From Gemmatimonadaceae bacterium (GTDB lineage Bacteria > Gemmatimonadota > Gemmatimonadetes > Gemmatimonadales > Gemmatimonadaceae), in assembly GCA_045803545.1 (NCBI GenBank), contig JBJMOW010000004.1, forward strand, positions 64,001-128,000: a stretch of 64,000 bases of DNA, read 5' to 3'. The notes under the pieces are model-generated. The model had not been told where the DNA came from. It searched no databases and was given only the letters and a program-made list of their open reading frames with translations. The position numbers were made by a program, and so were the translations under genes. Below are positions 49,435 to 59,710 of the stretch, piece after piece (position 1 is the first letter of the stretch; each line of letters begins with the position of its first letter).

Positions 49435-51059
49435 GCGTCATCGGTTTCCGCGGCTACTATCGTGAGGACGAGCTAGCTCGCGCCGTCTATTCTGAAGCGG
49501 CGGGAATCGGCCGAGCGATTCCGGCAGCGGTCGCGGTGCCCGTCGATGCGGAAGACGTCGTAGTGCTGGTGAAGTGGGCGGCGCAAACGGGGACGACGCT
49601 GATCCCGCGTGGCAGTGGCAGCAGCATGGCGGGTGGTGCGATCGGCAACGGAGTCGTCGTCGATCTGTCACGCATCAATCATCTCGACAAAATCGACGAG
49701 CGCGATCGAACTGTCTGGTTGGAGCCGGGCGTGCTCTGGTCGACGCTTGATGTCGCTGCTCGCCGGAAAGGCGTGCACCTTCCGGTCGATCCGTCCAGCG
49801 GCACGTTCTGCACACTCGGCGGAATGGTGTCAACCAACGCCGCCGGCGCTCACAGCCTTCGCTACGGTGCGACGCGCGCATGGGTCAACGCGCTCGATTG
49901 CGTGTTCAGTGACGGAGATCGTGCCATTGTAACCCGGGGTGAGCCGCCACCGAAGCGTATAGCTGCGATTGCCCGCTTCATGCGGGACGTTCATGGCGAC
50001 ATCGTCTCCTCCGACAAACGCCGCCCAATCGCTCACGTCGGCGTGCGCAAAGACGCGTCGGGTTACGGAATCCACGATTACGCCACCAAAGCGGATCTGG
50101 TCGATCTACTCGTTGGAAGTGAAGGAACGCTGGCGATCATCCTCGGCGTACAGCTCAACCTGGCACCGGTGCCGGCCGCAACGAGCAGCGTCCTCGGTGC
50201 GTTCCCATCGCTCGAGGCGGCAACCGCCGCCGCGACGAAGGCTGTCGAAACTGGCGCCAGCGCGTGCGAGATGCTCGACAAGACCTTCTTGTCTTATGCC
50301 GCAACGGGTAAGGACCCCGACCACAAACTGCGTAAGCTCCTTGAAAGTTCGACGGCGATCCTGCTCGCCGAAGTCGAGGGCGCGAACGCGGATGCCGCAG
50401 CGTCGGGCGCGCAACAATTGGCGATTGCATTTCGCGATGCAGGCGCAACCGAAGTGGAAGTTGCACTGACCACCGACGCCGAGCGTGACCTCTGGCACCT
50501 TCGGCACGCGGCGAGCCCGATTCTCTCCGATCTCACCCACGTCACTTCGATGCAGTTCATCGAAGACGGCGCCGTGCCGTTACCCAAGCTTCCCGATTAC
50601 GTGAAGGGAGTGAAGAACGCTCTGGCGCAACGAGAGCTGAGCGGAGTGATCTTCGGTCATGCCGGCGACGCGCACGTTCACGTGAACCCACTGGTCGATG
50701 TGCGTCAGGCGGACTGGAGAGATCGCATCACCCGTTTGCTTGAAGACGTCGTCGGGCTCACCCGTCTCCTCGGTGGAACGCTGACCGGCGAGCACGGCGA
50801 CGGCCGCATTCGCACTCCGCTTCTGTCGCGGGTCTGGCACAAGGACGCGATCAAGGCTTTCAGTCAGGTGAAGGCCGCGTTCGATCCGCAAAACATTTTC
50901 AACCCTGGCGTCAAAGTGCCGCTGGCCGGGCAAAAGTCGCTCGGCGATATCAAGTACGACCCGTCGTTGCCGCCTCTTCCGGAAAAAGCGAGGGCGGCGC
51001 TTGACGATGTCGTGAGGTCACGAGCTTATGATCGCTTTCGACTTTCTCTGATCGGCTGA
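49431..51059 (+). CDS. FAD-linked oxidase (GlcD/D-lactate dehydrogenase family)
   Basis: RGSGSS, GSEGTL, HAGD, GEHGDG, FNPG. Confidence 0.92.
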   Translation: MSVIGFRGYYREDELARAVYSEAAGIGRAIPAAVAVPVDAEDVVVLVKWAAQTGTTLIPRGSGSSMAGGAIGNGVVVDLSRINHLDKIDERDRTVWLEPGVLWSTLDVAARRKGVHLPVDPSSGTFCTLGGMVSTNAAGAHSLRYGATRAWVNALDCVFSDGDRAIVTRGEPPPKRIAAIARFMRDVHGDIVSSDKRRPIAHVGVRKDASGYGIHDYATKADLVDLLVGSEGTLAIILGVQLNLAPVPAATSSVLGAFPSLEAATAAATKAVETGASACEMLDKTFLSYAATGKDPDHKLRKLLESSTAILLAEVEGANADAAASGAQQLAIAFRDAGATEVEVALTTDAERDLWHLRHAASPILSDLTHVTSMQFIEDGAVPLPKLPDYVKGVKNALAQRELSGVIFGHAGDAHVHVNPLVDVRQADWRDRITRLLEDVVGLTRLLGGTLTGEHGDGRIRTPLLSRVWHKDAIKAFSQVKAAFDPQNIFNPGVKVPLAGQKSLGDIKYDPSLPPLPEKARAALDDVVRSRAYDRFRLSLIG

Positions 51060-51102
51060 TCTTCTTAGCTTTCCGCGACCGATCATCGAGACTGAGGCCG
51101 CT

Positions 51103-51882
51103 GTGAGCTCTGTTCTACTTGCTGAGACTTCCGTGTTCTATACAGAACCAGTCGTAACGCTGCTGGCACGTCCGGTGTTTCTGGAGCCGGATCATCTCAA
51201 GGTTCACTGGCTTGGCGAGAGCACCGACGGCGAGCGCCTCGCCGAGTTCGCCGGACGTCTTTGCTACATGAGCCAGAAGAATCCGGCCAAACGCGCCACG
51301 CGTGAGTATCTCGAGAACATAAAGAAGCAGGGCCACGGTTCGGTTCTCGAGCACGCTAACTATTCTGTGCTACTCGAGGGCGTGAGCCGCTCACTGACCC
51401 ACGAGCTGGTTCGCCATCGCGCCGGTTTCGCGTATAGCCAGCTAAGCCAGCGTTATGTCGACGAGTCGGAAGCAAACTTCGTCGTGCCGCCGGCGATCGT
51501 CGGCGATGAGGCCCTGGAAAAAGAATGGCGCGATCAGATCGAAGAGGCGCAGAGGACATATGTCCGACTCGTCGAGCACCTGATGGAGCGCTACGCGTGG
51601 GTGGGCGATAAGGTTCATCGCCGGAAAATGGCGCGCGAGGCTGCGAGAGGAGTTCTTCCCAACTCCACGGAGACGAAAATCGTCGTTACCGCAAACGCTC
51701 GCGCCTGGCGGACGATGCTGGAGCTGAGATCCAGTGAGGGCGCCGAGTTGGAAATTCGCCGCTGCGCTGTTGCGATGCTCAAGCTTTTGCTGGCGGAGAG
51801 CCCGGCTTTCTTCTCCGACTTCGAGATCTACCAGGCCGAAGATCGGAGAGAGGCGGCGAGGATCGTCTACCACAAAGTCTGA
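51103..51882 (+). CDS. thyX: FAD-dependent thymidylate synthase
   Basis: GHGSVLEH and RHR-x7-SQRY motifs. Confidence 0.95.
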   Translation: MSSVLLAETSVFYTEPVVTLLARPVFLEPDHLKVHWLGESTDGERLAEFAGRLCYMSQKNPAKRATREYLENIKKQGHGSVLEHANYSVLLEGVSRSLTHELVRHRAGFAYSQLSQRYVDESEANFVVPPAIVGDEALEKEWRDQIEEAQRTYVRLVEHLMERYAWVGDKVHRRKMAREAARGVLPNSTETKIVVTANARAWRTMLELRSSEGAELEIRRCAVAMLKLLLAESPAFFSDFEIYQAEDRREAARIVYHKV

Positions 51883-51958
51883 GAGCGGGAAAATTTTTCC
51901 GGAGCCGCCGAAAAAAAAATTCCGCCAAAAAAAGTTTTTCGTCGCTTCGGAATAATTA

Positions 51959-51987
51959 TTGCGCTGCATCGTTGACGTTTATATACT
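51959..51987 (+). promoter_or_regulatory. Putative sigma70 promoter with upstream A/T tracts
   Basis: TTGCGC-17-TATACT. A and T tracts at 51889-51960. Confidence 0.55.
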
Positions 51988-52021
51988 CGGTCCAATGAAT
52001 CGAGCGCGAAATTTTCTGTAG

Positions 52022-53203
52022 GTGTCGATGACTCTCATCGGACTCGCCTACAACCAGAAGCCCGAGCCCACCGAGCTCCCAAGTGAGCTTCCAGAGGCGA
52101 TGCCGCAACGCGGCGAGCTTTCGCGTCCCGATGAAGAGCCTCCAAGTAAAAGTTTTGGTCTTACCGTCGCGGAGCTAACCGCTCGCGATGAGTTTGCCGA
52201 GTGGGATTCGCCGGTGACGATCGCCGCGGTGGAAGCGGCTCTCTCAAAACTTGGCAAGGTCGTTCGCATCGAAGCCACTGAAGAATTTCCAGAGCGGCTG
52301 CGCGCTGCCAGACCGGACATCGTCTTCAACATTGCAGAGGGCTTTCATGGCGTGAACCGAGAGTCGCATGTGCCCGCCATGTGTGAGTTCTTCGGAATTC
52401 CGTACTCGGGCAGCGATCCGTTTACGCTGACGCTCTGTCTCGACAAGGCGCGCGCCAAAGAGACTCTTTCGTTTCACGGCATCCCGACGCCCAGGTTCGC
52501 AGTCGTCGAGAATCTGGCCGACCTGGATGAACGAACGTTCAACCTCGAGCTGCCTCTCTTCATCAAGCCGCTGCACGAAGGATCTTCGAAAGGAATCACC
52601 GACGGCAATCTTTGCTGGGATCGTGATCATCTGCTCGCGCAGACCAAGTTCCTGCTCGAGAACTACCACCAGCCGGTTCTCGTCGAGGAGTACCTGCCGG
52701 GACAGGAGTTCACTTGCGGCGTCCTCGGCAACGGAGATGAGGCTACGGTTCTTCCGCTCGTCGGAATGAACTTCGAGGCGCTGCCGAAAGGAGCGCTACC
52801 GATCTATAGCTACGACGCCAAGTTCGTTTGGGATCGCCCCGAGCGTCCACTGGAAATCTTCGAGTGCCCCGCCAAAATCGGCGGCGATCTCCAGTCGGCG
52901 ATCGAGCGGGTCGTGCTGGACGCCTATCGAGTACTCGGCTGCCGTGACTGGGCGCGGATTGATGTCCGACTCGATGGCGCCGGAAATCCGAACATTCTGG
53001 AAGTGAATCCGCTCCCGGGAATTCTTCCCGACCCCGCGGATAATTCGTGTTTGCCGAAAGCTGCGCGCGCGGCCGGCATCGGTTACGACGAGCTGATTCA
53101 GAGCTGCCTGCGATTCGCGGCGGCGAGACAGGGCGTCGAGCTCGATGATTCAGCGGCCGCCACAACTGCAGTACCGGGCGAGCCAATGCTCGCTGCTGGC
53201 TGA
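52022..53203 (+). CDS. D-Ala-D-Ala ligase-like ATP-grasp enzyme
   Basis: FNIAEG, KPLHEGSSKGI, ARIDVR, EVNPLPG. Confidence 0.9.
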   Translation: MSMTLIGLAYNQKPEPTELPSELPEAMPQRGELSRPDEEPPSKSFGLTVAELTARDEFAEWDSPVTIAAVEAALSKLGKVVRIEATEEFPERLRAARPDIVFNIAEGFHGVNRESHVPAMCEFFGIPYSGSDPFTLTLCLDKARAKETLSFHGIPTPRFAVVENLADLDERTFNLELPLFIKPLHEGSSKGITDGNLCWDRDHLLAQTKFLLENYHQPVLVEEYLPGQEFTCGVLGNGDEATVLPLVGMNFEALPKGALPIYSYDAKFVWDRPERPLEIFECPAKIGGDLQSAIERVVLDAYRVLGCRDWARIDVRLDGAGNPNILEVNPLPGILPDPADNSCLPKAARAAGIGYDELIQSCLRFAAARQGVELDDSAAATTAVPGEPMLAAG

Positions 53204-53227
53204 CAGAGACTAGCGGAGGACGACGCG

Positions 53228-54241
53228 ATGAAAATTGCCCTGCTCTTCGACGGCCTATCTGCGCTAGGTAAGGCACCCGAGGTCCAGCTTCTCGACTCGA
53301 TCGAAGCCGTCGAGACAGCACTGCTGGACTGGGCCGCCGAGGTTGTCCGCGTTCCTGTCAGCAACGACGGTCGATGGGTCGAGCGCCTGCGTCGCGGCAA
53401 GTTCGATCTGGTCTTCAACCTCTGCGAAGGAATCGACGGTGAAGCAGTTCACGAGGCGCGCGTCATCTCTGTGCTGGAGCTGCTCGGCGTACCATTCACC
53501 GGCAGCAGCAGCTGGACGACGGCACTCACCCTCCGTAAAAACGTCGTCAACGGTGTTCTCGATCGCGCCGGTCTTCCGGTTCCGCGCTGGGCCCATATCC
53601 ACCGCGGCGAAAAGATCACCAGCGTTGGATTCCCGGCGATTTGCAAGCCTGTCGCCGAAGATGCCTCGGTCGGCATCGAGCAGCGGTCGGTAGTGCGTAG
53701 CATGCGCGCGCTGAACGCACGCGTGCGAGACATGTTTGACGGCTGGGACGAAGTGCTGGTCCAGCGGTTCATCGATGGCCGCGAGGTGAACGTCGGAATC
53801 GTCGGCGAGGAGGTGATGCCGATCGCCGAGATCGATTTCGCCGACATGCCGAAGGGGATGTGGCACATCGTCTCGTATCGCTCGAAGTGGGAAACAGGCA
53901 GTGACGAAGATCTGGGTGCCAAGCCGAATTGTCCCGCTGACCTGCCTCAAGCTCTCGCGAATGAGCTGACACAGATCGCGCGCACGGCGTGGAGCATCGT
54001 CGGCGGCGAAGGTTATGGTCGTTGCGATTTCCGAATCGATCCGTCTGGACGTCCGTGGCTGCTCGAAGTCAACGCAAATCCGGACATCTCGCCTGGCGCT
54101 GGGCTGGCGCGCATGGCCGGTGTCGCGACGATGAACTACTCGCAGCTTATTCGGAGGATTTGCGATTACGCACTGAAGCGGCCGCTCGACGATCACGTGG
54201 AGCGTTGGACCAAAACACTCAAGTTGTCCGGACTGGGCTGA
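53228..54241 (+). CDS. D-Ala-D-Ala ligase-like ATP-grasp enzyme (second paralog)
   Basis: FNLCEG, KPVAEDASVGI, GRCDFR, EVNANP. Confidence 0.9.
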   Translation: MKIALLFDGLSALGKAPEVQLLDSIEAVETALLDWAAEVVRVPVSNDGRWVERLRRGKFDLVFNLCEGIDGEAVHEARVISVLELLGVPFTGSSSWTTALTLRKNVVNGVLDRAGLPVPRWAHIHRGEKITSVGFPAICKPVAEDASVGIEQRSVVRSMRALNARVRDMFDGWDEVLVQRFIDGREVNVGIVGEEVMPIAEIDFADMPKGMWHIVSYRSKWETGSDEDLGAKPNCPADLPQALANELTQIARTAWSIVGGEGYGRCDFRIDPSGRPWLLEVNANPDISPGAGLARMAGVATMNYSQLIRRICDYALKRPLDDHVERWTKTLKLSGLG

Positions 54242-54376
54242 GCCCGGTCTTGCTGATGTCGGTTCGTGAGGTTTGCAGGAATCCGGTGGCGAGTCGTTCG
54301 TGGCCGGAGCATCGCCCCGACCCGAGGACGTTCGGGTCATCTACAACGCCCCTCGCGGGGCCGGAGTGGTAAAAGC

Positions 54377-55546
54377 ATGAGCGATTGGCAGCAAATCATC
54401 AGGAATCAGAGCATCGCTACTCTGGAAAAGCTCGCTGAGAAGTTCGGCCACGACGCAATCGACGTCGATGCGCTGAAGCCGGCGTTCGACAACTTCCAGA
54501 TGCGCCTTACTCCCGCTGCGCTCGAGCAAATCAAGGAAGTGGGCGATCCGATGTGGAATCAGTACATCCCGACGGTCGAAGAGCTCGACGTCGTCGATGG
54601 GGTGATCGATTCGCTGGATGAAGACGGCGATTCGCCGGTGCCGAACATCACGCATCGTTATCCTGACCGCGCGCTTTTCCTCGTCAGTCCGGTTTGCGCT
54701 TCCTACTGCCGCTTTTGCACCCGCCGCAGAAAGGTCGGTGACCCGGAGAAGATTCCTCTCAACCAGTACGAGTCAGCGTTCCAGTACCTGCGCGAACACA
54801 CCGAGATCCGCGACGTCATCATGAGCGGCGGGGATCCGATGATGCTGAGCGACCGCAGGCTGGAGTACCTCTTCCAGCAGCTGCGCGCGATCCCGCACAT
54901 CGAGATCATCCGCATTGGCAGCCGCATCACATCGCACCTGCCGGAGCGGATCACCCCCGAGTTCTGCGAGATGGTGCAGAAATACCATCCGATCTTCATG
55001 AACGTTCACTTCAATCACCCGAGCGAGCTGACGCCCGCCGCTGTCGCCGCGCTCGATCGTCTGTCCAAAGCCGGCGTTTCGCTCGGCTGTCAGACAGTGC
55101 TGCTCAAGGGCGTCAACGACGATCCGAAGGTGATGATGAAACTGATGCACGAGCTGCTCAAGGCGCGCGTCCGGCCCTACTATATATTCATGGCCGACCA
55201 GGTCGCCGGCGGCGAGCATTTCCGGACGACGGTGCAGAAAGGCCTCGAGATCATTCAGGCCCTGCGGGGCTGGACGTCGGGACTGGCAGTGCCGCAGTTC
55301 GTGATCGATTCCCCGGGCGGCGGCGGCAAGGTGCCGCTCTTACCCGAGTACGTCGAATCCATCACCGAAGACGAGGTGGTATTCCGCAACTACGAGGGCA
55401 AGCGGTACGTCTACAAGCAGCCGCATCAAGCTCCTGCGACACCCACAGAAGTCGAGCGGGCAGCGGAACTCGACGTTGTTCCAATCAGCCGTCCCAAAAC
55501 CGCGACGCCACGCAGAACCAAGAGGCGTCGCGCGGCCGGAGAATAA
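54377..55546 (+). CDS. KamA-family radical SAM aminomutase
   Basis: THRYPDR, CASYCRFC, SGGDP, HFNHP, GGGKVP. Confidence 0.93.
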   Translation: MSDWQQIIRNQSIATLEKLAEKFGHDAIDVDALKPAFDNFQMRLTPAALEQIKEVGDPMWNQYIPTVEELDVVDGVIDSLDEDGDSPVPNITHRYPDRALFLVSPVCASYCRFCTRRRKVGDPEKIPLNQYESAFQYLREHTEIRDVIMSGGDPMMLSDRRLEYLFQQLRAIPHIEIIRIGSRITSHLPERITPEFCEMVQKYHPIFMNVHFNHPSELTPAAVAALDRLSKAGVSLGCQTVLLKGVNDDPKVMMKLMHELLKARVRPYYIFMADQVAGGEHFRTTVQKGLEIIQALRGWTSGLAVPQFVIDSPGGGGKVPLLPEYVESITEDEVVFRNYEGKRYVYKQPHQAPATPTEVERAAELDVVPISRPKTATPRRTKRRRAAGE

Positions 55547-55566
55547 CCTGGCCCACCCGAGAGAAA

Positions 55567-55597
55567 GGCCGTCTCTGCGAGACGGCCCTTCTTTTTT
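55567..55597 (+). terminator. Rho-independent terminator
   Basis: GGCCGTCTC-TGC-GAGACGGCC followed by a T-rich run. Confidence 0.8.
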
Positions 55598-55625
55598 CCG
55601 GATCCGCAGCCCGCCGACCGCATCC

Positions 55626-57791
55626 TCAGGGGAGGAAGGACTTTGGTCGCCTTGGACTCTCGGCCAACAAGGCATCGTTGAGCGCTTCAAGCTCTGACCG
55701 AATTTCCGCGCCCTCGGCATCGTCTCGTATTTTCGTCAGACTCGGCGAGAAGAGAACGCGGGCGATCGCGATCGAATCGTGCGCGCCGGCAACAGCAAGC
55801 ACATCGTTCGCATGAATGACCTCGCGGCCGAGCGGAGTTGGTATCTGTTGATCACCACGCCTGATCGCCAATACGGTTGCGCCGGTCGCGCCGCGTAGAT
55901 TGAGCTGAGCGAGGCTGCGGCCCACGGCGATGCTTTCCGGTACGACCCGAATCGCAACCGGCTCGCCCAAACCGGGCAGAACCGCGTTCACGTCCTCGAG
56001 CTTGGTTTCTTCCTGTGAGTCACCCGCTGACGCCATCTGATGGGCGAGCGCGGAGGCGATGATCTGCGCGCCCGCTCGAGCGTGACCCTGAAGATTCGAC
56101 GCGTTTCTCCAGAGGGCGACCAATAGAACTATGGTCAGCAGCAACAGCACGAAGCCGCCCTGATGCGCCGGAAGGAATGGCTGGGTGATCGCAACCACCG
56201 GGATGCCTACCGCGATAACGACCGCGATTTGCACGAGAATTACCAGGGCGCGGCGTGGCGCGTCCGCGGGATCGACCTTCCCCTTCTGTGCTTCAGCGAA
56301 GGCGCGTTTCGCCAGGTGCAGCCCAAGCGAGCGAGCACTGGTGATGATGCCATAGATCAAAGGCGCCGCGATAAACCCGCTGAGCATCACCAGAGTGAAG
56401 CGGACGCGATCTGGCGGGAGTATCACCATTCGGCCGACGATGCCTGTGACGCGATCGATCTCCAGATCGACGCCGATCACTAGCGCGGCTAGCAGAGCGG
56501 CATCGACAAGAATGATCCGCACGATCCGTTTCGTCGCTGAACGCTCCGTCGGCGCTCTTGGCGCGCTGCGCACACGCTCGATCCACGACGCGTAAAGCGC
56601 GGCCACCGTCTGGATCGGCTCGGGCAGCCAGTGGTCGATCTCCGCTGCCGCCTTATTGGACAGTCTGATCAGTAGCGGCGTGGTGAGCGTCGTAATCGCT
56701 GATACCGCGATCGTCACCGGATAAATCCAGGAAGCGATCACGCCTGCGCTGACGCCGACACTGGCGATGATGAACGAGAACTCGCCGATTTGCGCCAGGC
56801 TCATTCCCGCTTTTATGGCCGTTCGCCGGCCGTGGCCGGCGAGGAACGCGCCGATCGTCACCGCCAATACCTTGCCCACGATCACGGTTATCGTCAGCGC
56901 CAGAACCGCCGGCCAGTGCACGGCGAGGGCCGCCGGATCGATGATCATGCCGACTGAGACGAAGAAAATCCCGGCGAACATGTCCCGCACCGGTCGTACC
57001 AGCGTCCCAATCTCACGCTCGTGCCCTGACTCGGCGACTAGCGATCCGGCGATGAACGCTCCCAACGCCACCGAGTAACCGAATGAAAGCGCGAGCAACG
57101 CGGCTCCGAAGCACAGACCAATGCTTGCAACCAGCGTCGTCTCGCTCGAGCCGATGCGCTGGACGTAGCGGATCGCGCGCGGTACGGTGAGCAGACCAAA
57201 ACCGATCAGGGGTACGAGGAACATCACCAGCCTCACCGCGGTGATGCCGAGGTCGCTTGGCGAGAACGCGCCAGATTGGGCGAGCGTTGTCAAAATCGTC
57301 AGGAGAAAGACTGCGATCAGATCCTCGATGATAAGGATTCCGAACACGAGCTCCGTGACGCGGCCCCTGACCTTCTGCTCTTCGAACGCTTTGACGATGA
57401 TGGTCGTGCTGGAGATGCCGACGATGGCGCCGACGAAGATGCTTTCGATGCGAGAGAGCCCGAGCATCTGTCCGACGAAATAGCCGATGGAGACCATGAT
57501 CGTCGATTCGAACAGAGCCACCGGTCCTGCTTTTTGGCTGACAGCGGCCAGTTTGCCGATGCTGAACTCGAGCCCCAGTGAGAACATCAGCAGAATCACA
57601 CCCAGCTCGGACAGCGTGTGAACGGTGTTCATATCCGCAACGAGTGGCAGCGGTATGTGCGGCCCTACGATCATTCCGGCGAACAGGTAGCCGAAAACCA
57701 CGGGTTGGCGCAGTCGCTGAAATACGACGGTTGCCAGCGCAGCCACCAGCAGTACCACTGCGAGATTCTGCAGGAAAACTACGGATTCCAT
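55626..57791 (-). CDS. CPA2 cation:proton antiporter with TrkA-C domain
   Basis: LGLEFS, LIIED, FFVSVG, QIGEFSF and a C-terminal RCK-C domain. Confidence 0.93.
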   Translation of the reverse strand: MESVVFLQNLAVVLLVAALATVVFQRLRQPVVFGYLFAGMIVGPHIPLPLVADMNTVHTLSELGVILLMFSLGLEFSIGKLAAVSQKAGPVALFESTIMVSIGYFVGQMLGLSRIESIFVGAIVGISSTTIIVKAFEEQKVRGRVTELVFGILIIEDLIAVFLLTILTTLAQSGAFSPSDLGITAVRLVMFLVPLIGFGLLTVPRAIRYVQRIGSSETTLVASIGLCFGAALLALSFGYSVALGAFIAGSLVAESGHEREIGTLVRPVRDMFAGIFFVSVGMIIDPAALAVHWPAVLALTITVIVGKVLAVTIGAFLAGHGRRTAIKAGMSLAQIGEFSFIIASVGVSAGVIASWIYPVTIAVSAITTLTTPLLIRLSNKAAAEIDHWLPEPIQTVAALYASWIERVRSAPRAPTERSATKRIVRIILVDAALLAALVIGVDLEIDRVTGIVGRMVILPPDRVRFTLVMLSGFIAAPLIYGIITSARSLGLHLAKRAFAEAQKGKVDPADAPRRALVILVQIAVVIAVGIPVVAITQPFLPAHQGGFVLLLLTIVLLVALWRNASNLQGHARAGAQIIASALAHQMASAGDSQEETKLEDVNAVLPGLGEPVAIRVVPESIAVGRSLAQLNLRGATGATVLAIRRGDQQIPTPLGREVIHANDVLAVAGAHDSIAIARVLFSPSLTKIRDDAEGAEIRSELEALNDALLAESPRRPKSFLP

Positions 57792-57842
57792 GAGCCCAAT
57801 TTACTCGCCAAAAACAGCCCGCATCCCGCAGTCGTGAGATGC

Positions 57843-57874
57843 AAAAAAGGCCACCGAATCATCGGTGGCCTTTT
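57843..57874. terminator. Bidirectional-type terminator
   Basis: AAAAAAGGCCACCGA-loop-TCGGTGGCCTTTT. Confidence 0.8.
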
Positions 57875-57889
57875 CTTCTCAGCGAAGAG

Positions 57890-58111
57890 CTACGCCGCGG
57901 TGTCTGCCTCTTCCTCGAAGGTGAGGGCATCTGCTTCACGTACCCGATCGAGCATTGCATTGACCGGGATGCCGATGCCGCGGTCGTTCAACGCGGACTC
58001 ATTGCTGGATCCACGCTGGAACCAACTCTTGAGATTGGGAGTTGGCTCAGTGCCGCTACTACCCGCCGCACCCTCTTCCTGAGGGCCGGTATCCGAACCA
58101 TACACGTCCAT
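57890..58111 (-). CDS. Small acidic hypothetical protein
   Basis: GGAGG RBS before ATG and a terminator directly downstream. Confidence 0.5.
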   Translation of the reverse strand: MDVYGSDTGPQEEGAAGSSGTEPTPNLKSWFQRGSSNESALNDRGIGIPVNAMLDRVREADALTFEEEADTAA

Positions 58112-58262
58112 TCAGCCTCCACGAGTTGCAGTGTGCTTGCCATGACTACGTTACCCCGTAACGCGGGTTTCGAGCCTGAACACAAAGTACAATTCGGAAC
58201 GAAACCGTCCAATACTGCGACTGCGTTCGAGGCCAGATTGGTCACAACCCGTGGTCTGGTTG

Positions 58263-59597
58263 TTACCGAATCGTCGCCGGGTCTATTTCCCTAGTAGCGA
58301 AAATTCGGCCAACTGCTTCGCCGATTTTATTGTTGGGTGTGCTGGCTCCCGCAGTAATCCCGATGCGTACGGGACCGGACGCTGGTAACCAATCGGAAGA
58401 TTCGACTTCTTCCTTCGCGCCGAGGGGCCGGTGGCGAATCGTGCGCGATTCGGGGTCGATGTCGTCTGCGTTTTCGACGTGGAAAGTGCGCACCGTCTCG
58501 GAGCAGAGCGCGGCAAGCGACATGGTGTTGCTGGAGTTGTAACCGCCGATTACGACCATCACATCGAGGGGTTCCCGCAACAGCTCGACGACGGCGTCCT
58601 GTCTTTCCTGCGTCGCGCTGCAGATCGTATCGAAGGTGCGGAAATTCTCGCGGGCGTAATCCGAGCCCCAGGCCTTCGCCATTGATTGACCAATCAATTC
58701 ACCAACGGCCAGCGATTCGCGCGCGAGCATCGTCGTCTGATTCGCAACACCGATTCGACGAAGATCGCGCGCGGGATCGAAGTTGGGCGATACGGCGTGC
58801 GGAAAACGATCGAGCAAAGCCTGTGAGCTCAGGCGCCCTTCAATGAAATCGCAAACGAGCTGGGCCTCCTCGAGATTGCGCACGATGAAGTACTGCCCGT
58901 TCGGATATTTCTCAGCCTGCGACGCTGTCGCGCGCGTCTCTTCGTGGTAGTACTTCCCGTGAATGAGCGAGGTGAACCCATCTCGGGCGTAACTCTCAAC
59001 TCGCTTCCACACGTTGAGGACCGAGCCGCAGGTGGTGTCGACCATCACGCAGCGGATTTCGCGCAGCCTCTCGAAATCCTTGATGGTGACGCCGAAGGCC
59101 GGAAGGATGACGACATCTTCAGGCTTCACCATGCTGAAGTCCAAGTGGGAGGCAGGAGGCGGCAGGGGGGAGGGGGGATGTGGCGTCTGGTCGTCATGCG
59201 CCTGTCCTCCCTCGCTTCCCGCCTTCCGCTTCCCGGCCCCCGCTTCCCGCTTTTCCCCTCCCGGCAAGAGAAACTCGATCCCCATCGCCTGTAGTTTCGA
59301 GTTCACGTGCGGGTTATGGATGATCTCGCCCGCCAGGTAGATGGTACGATCCGGAAACTTCTTTCTGGCTTGATAGGCGTACTCAACTGCCCGCTCGACC
59401 CCGTAACAGAAGCCGAATTCCTTGGCTAGCCGTATGGTTACGTCGCCAGCCGTGAGGGTGTACTCCTGAGCTTTGAGGAGGTCGACAAGGTGGCCAGTAT
59501 AGTCGGAATCCAGTTCGGCCTGGATCTCGGATTTCAAGCCGAAACCTTTCCGAAAGTACGTGCCTCCCCCAGTTCCGTTTGGGGTATTGGCCTGCAT
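58263..59597 (-). CDS. ispH: 4-hydroxy-3-methylbut-2-enyl diphosphate reductase
   Basis: GFCYGV, IIHN, DTTC, NQTT, TICSATQERQ, NSSNT, TAGASTP. Confidence 0.95.
   Translation of the reverse strand: MQANTPNGTGGGTYFRKGFGLKSEIQAELDSDYTGHLVDLLKAQEYTLTAGDVTIRLAKEFGFCYGVERAVEYAYQARKKFPDRTIYLAGEIIHNPHVNSKLQAMGIEFLLPGGEKREAGAGKRKAGSEGGQAHDDQTPHPPSPLPPPASHLDFSMVKPEDVVILPAFGVTIKDFERLREIRCVMVDTTCGSVLNVWKRVESYARDGFTSLIHGKYYHEETRATASQAEKYPNGQYFIVRNLEEAQLVCDFIEGRLSSQALLDRFPHAVSPNFDPARDLRRIGVANQTTMLARESLAVGELIGQSMAKAWGSDYARENFRTFDTICSATQERQDAVVELLREPLDVMVVIGGYNSSNTMSLAALCSETVRTFHVENADDIDPESRTIRHRPLGAKEEVESSDWLPASGPVRIGITAGASTPNNKIGEAVGRIFATREIDPATIR
59147..59262. repeat. Heptamer-repeat quasi-palindrome inside ispH
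   Basis: G-rich heptamers (GGGAGGC-like) followed by C-rich heptamers (TTCCCGC-like). Confidence 0.7.
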
Positions 59598-59710
59598 ATT
59601 CCGATGAGTGGGGGCGGCGGTCCCGGACGGCCCCGGTGCCTTCATCGACGTATCCGACATACCCTGAATCTAGCAGTGACCAACCGATAAATGCGCTTCG
59701 AGAAACGACG

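Noticed and set aside
52022..54241. Canonical ddl or van resistance genes
   Set aside because: Divergent N-termini, and no vanH/vanX or dcw cluster context.
53264..54340. 358-aa minus-strand ORF
   Set aside because: Antisense shadow of the ATP-grasp gene, with no motifs.
58127..58142. Sigma54-like TGGCAAGCACACTGCA on the minus strand
   Set aside because: The implied start site would fall inside the RBS of the 58111 ORF, and the -12 box is imperfect.
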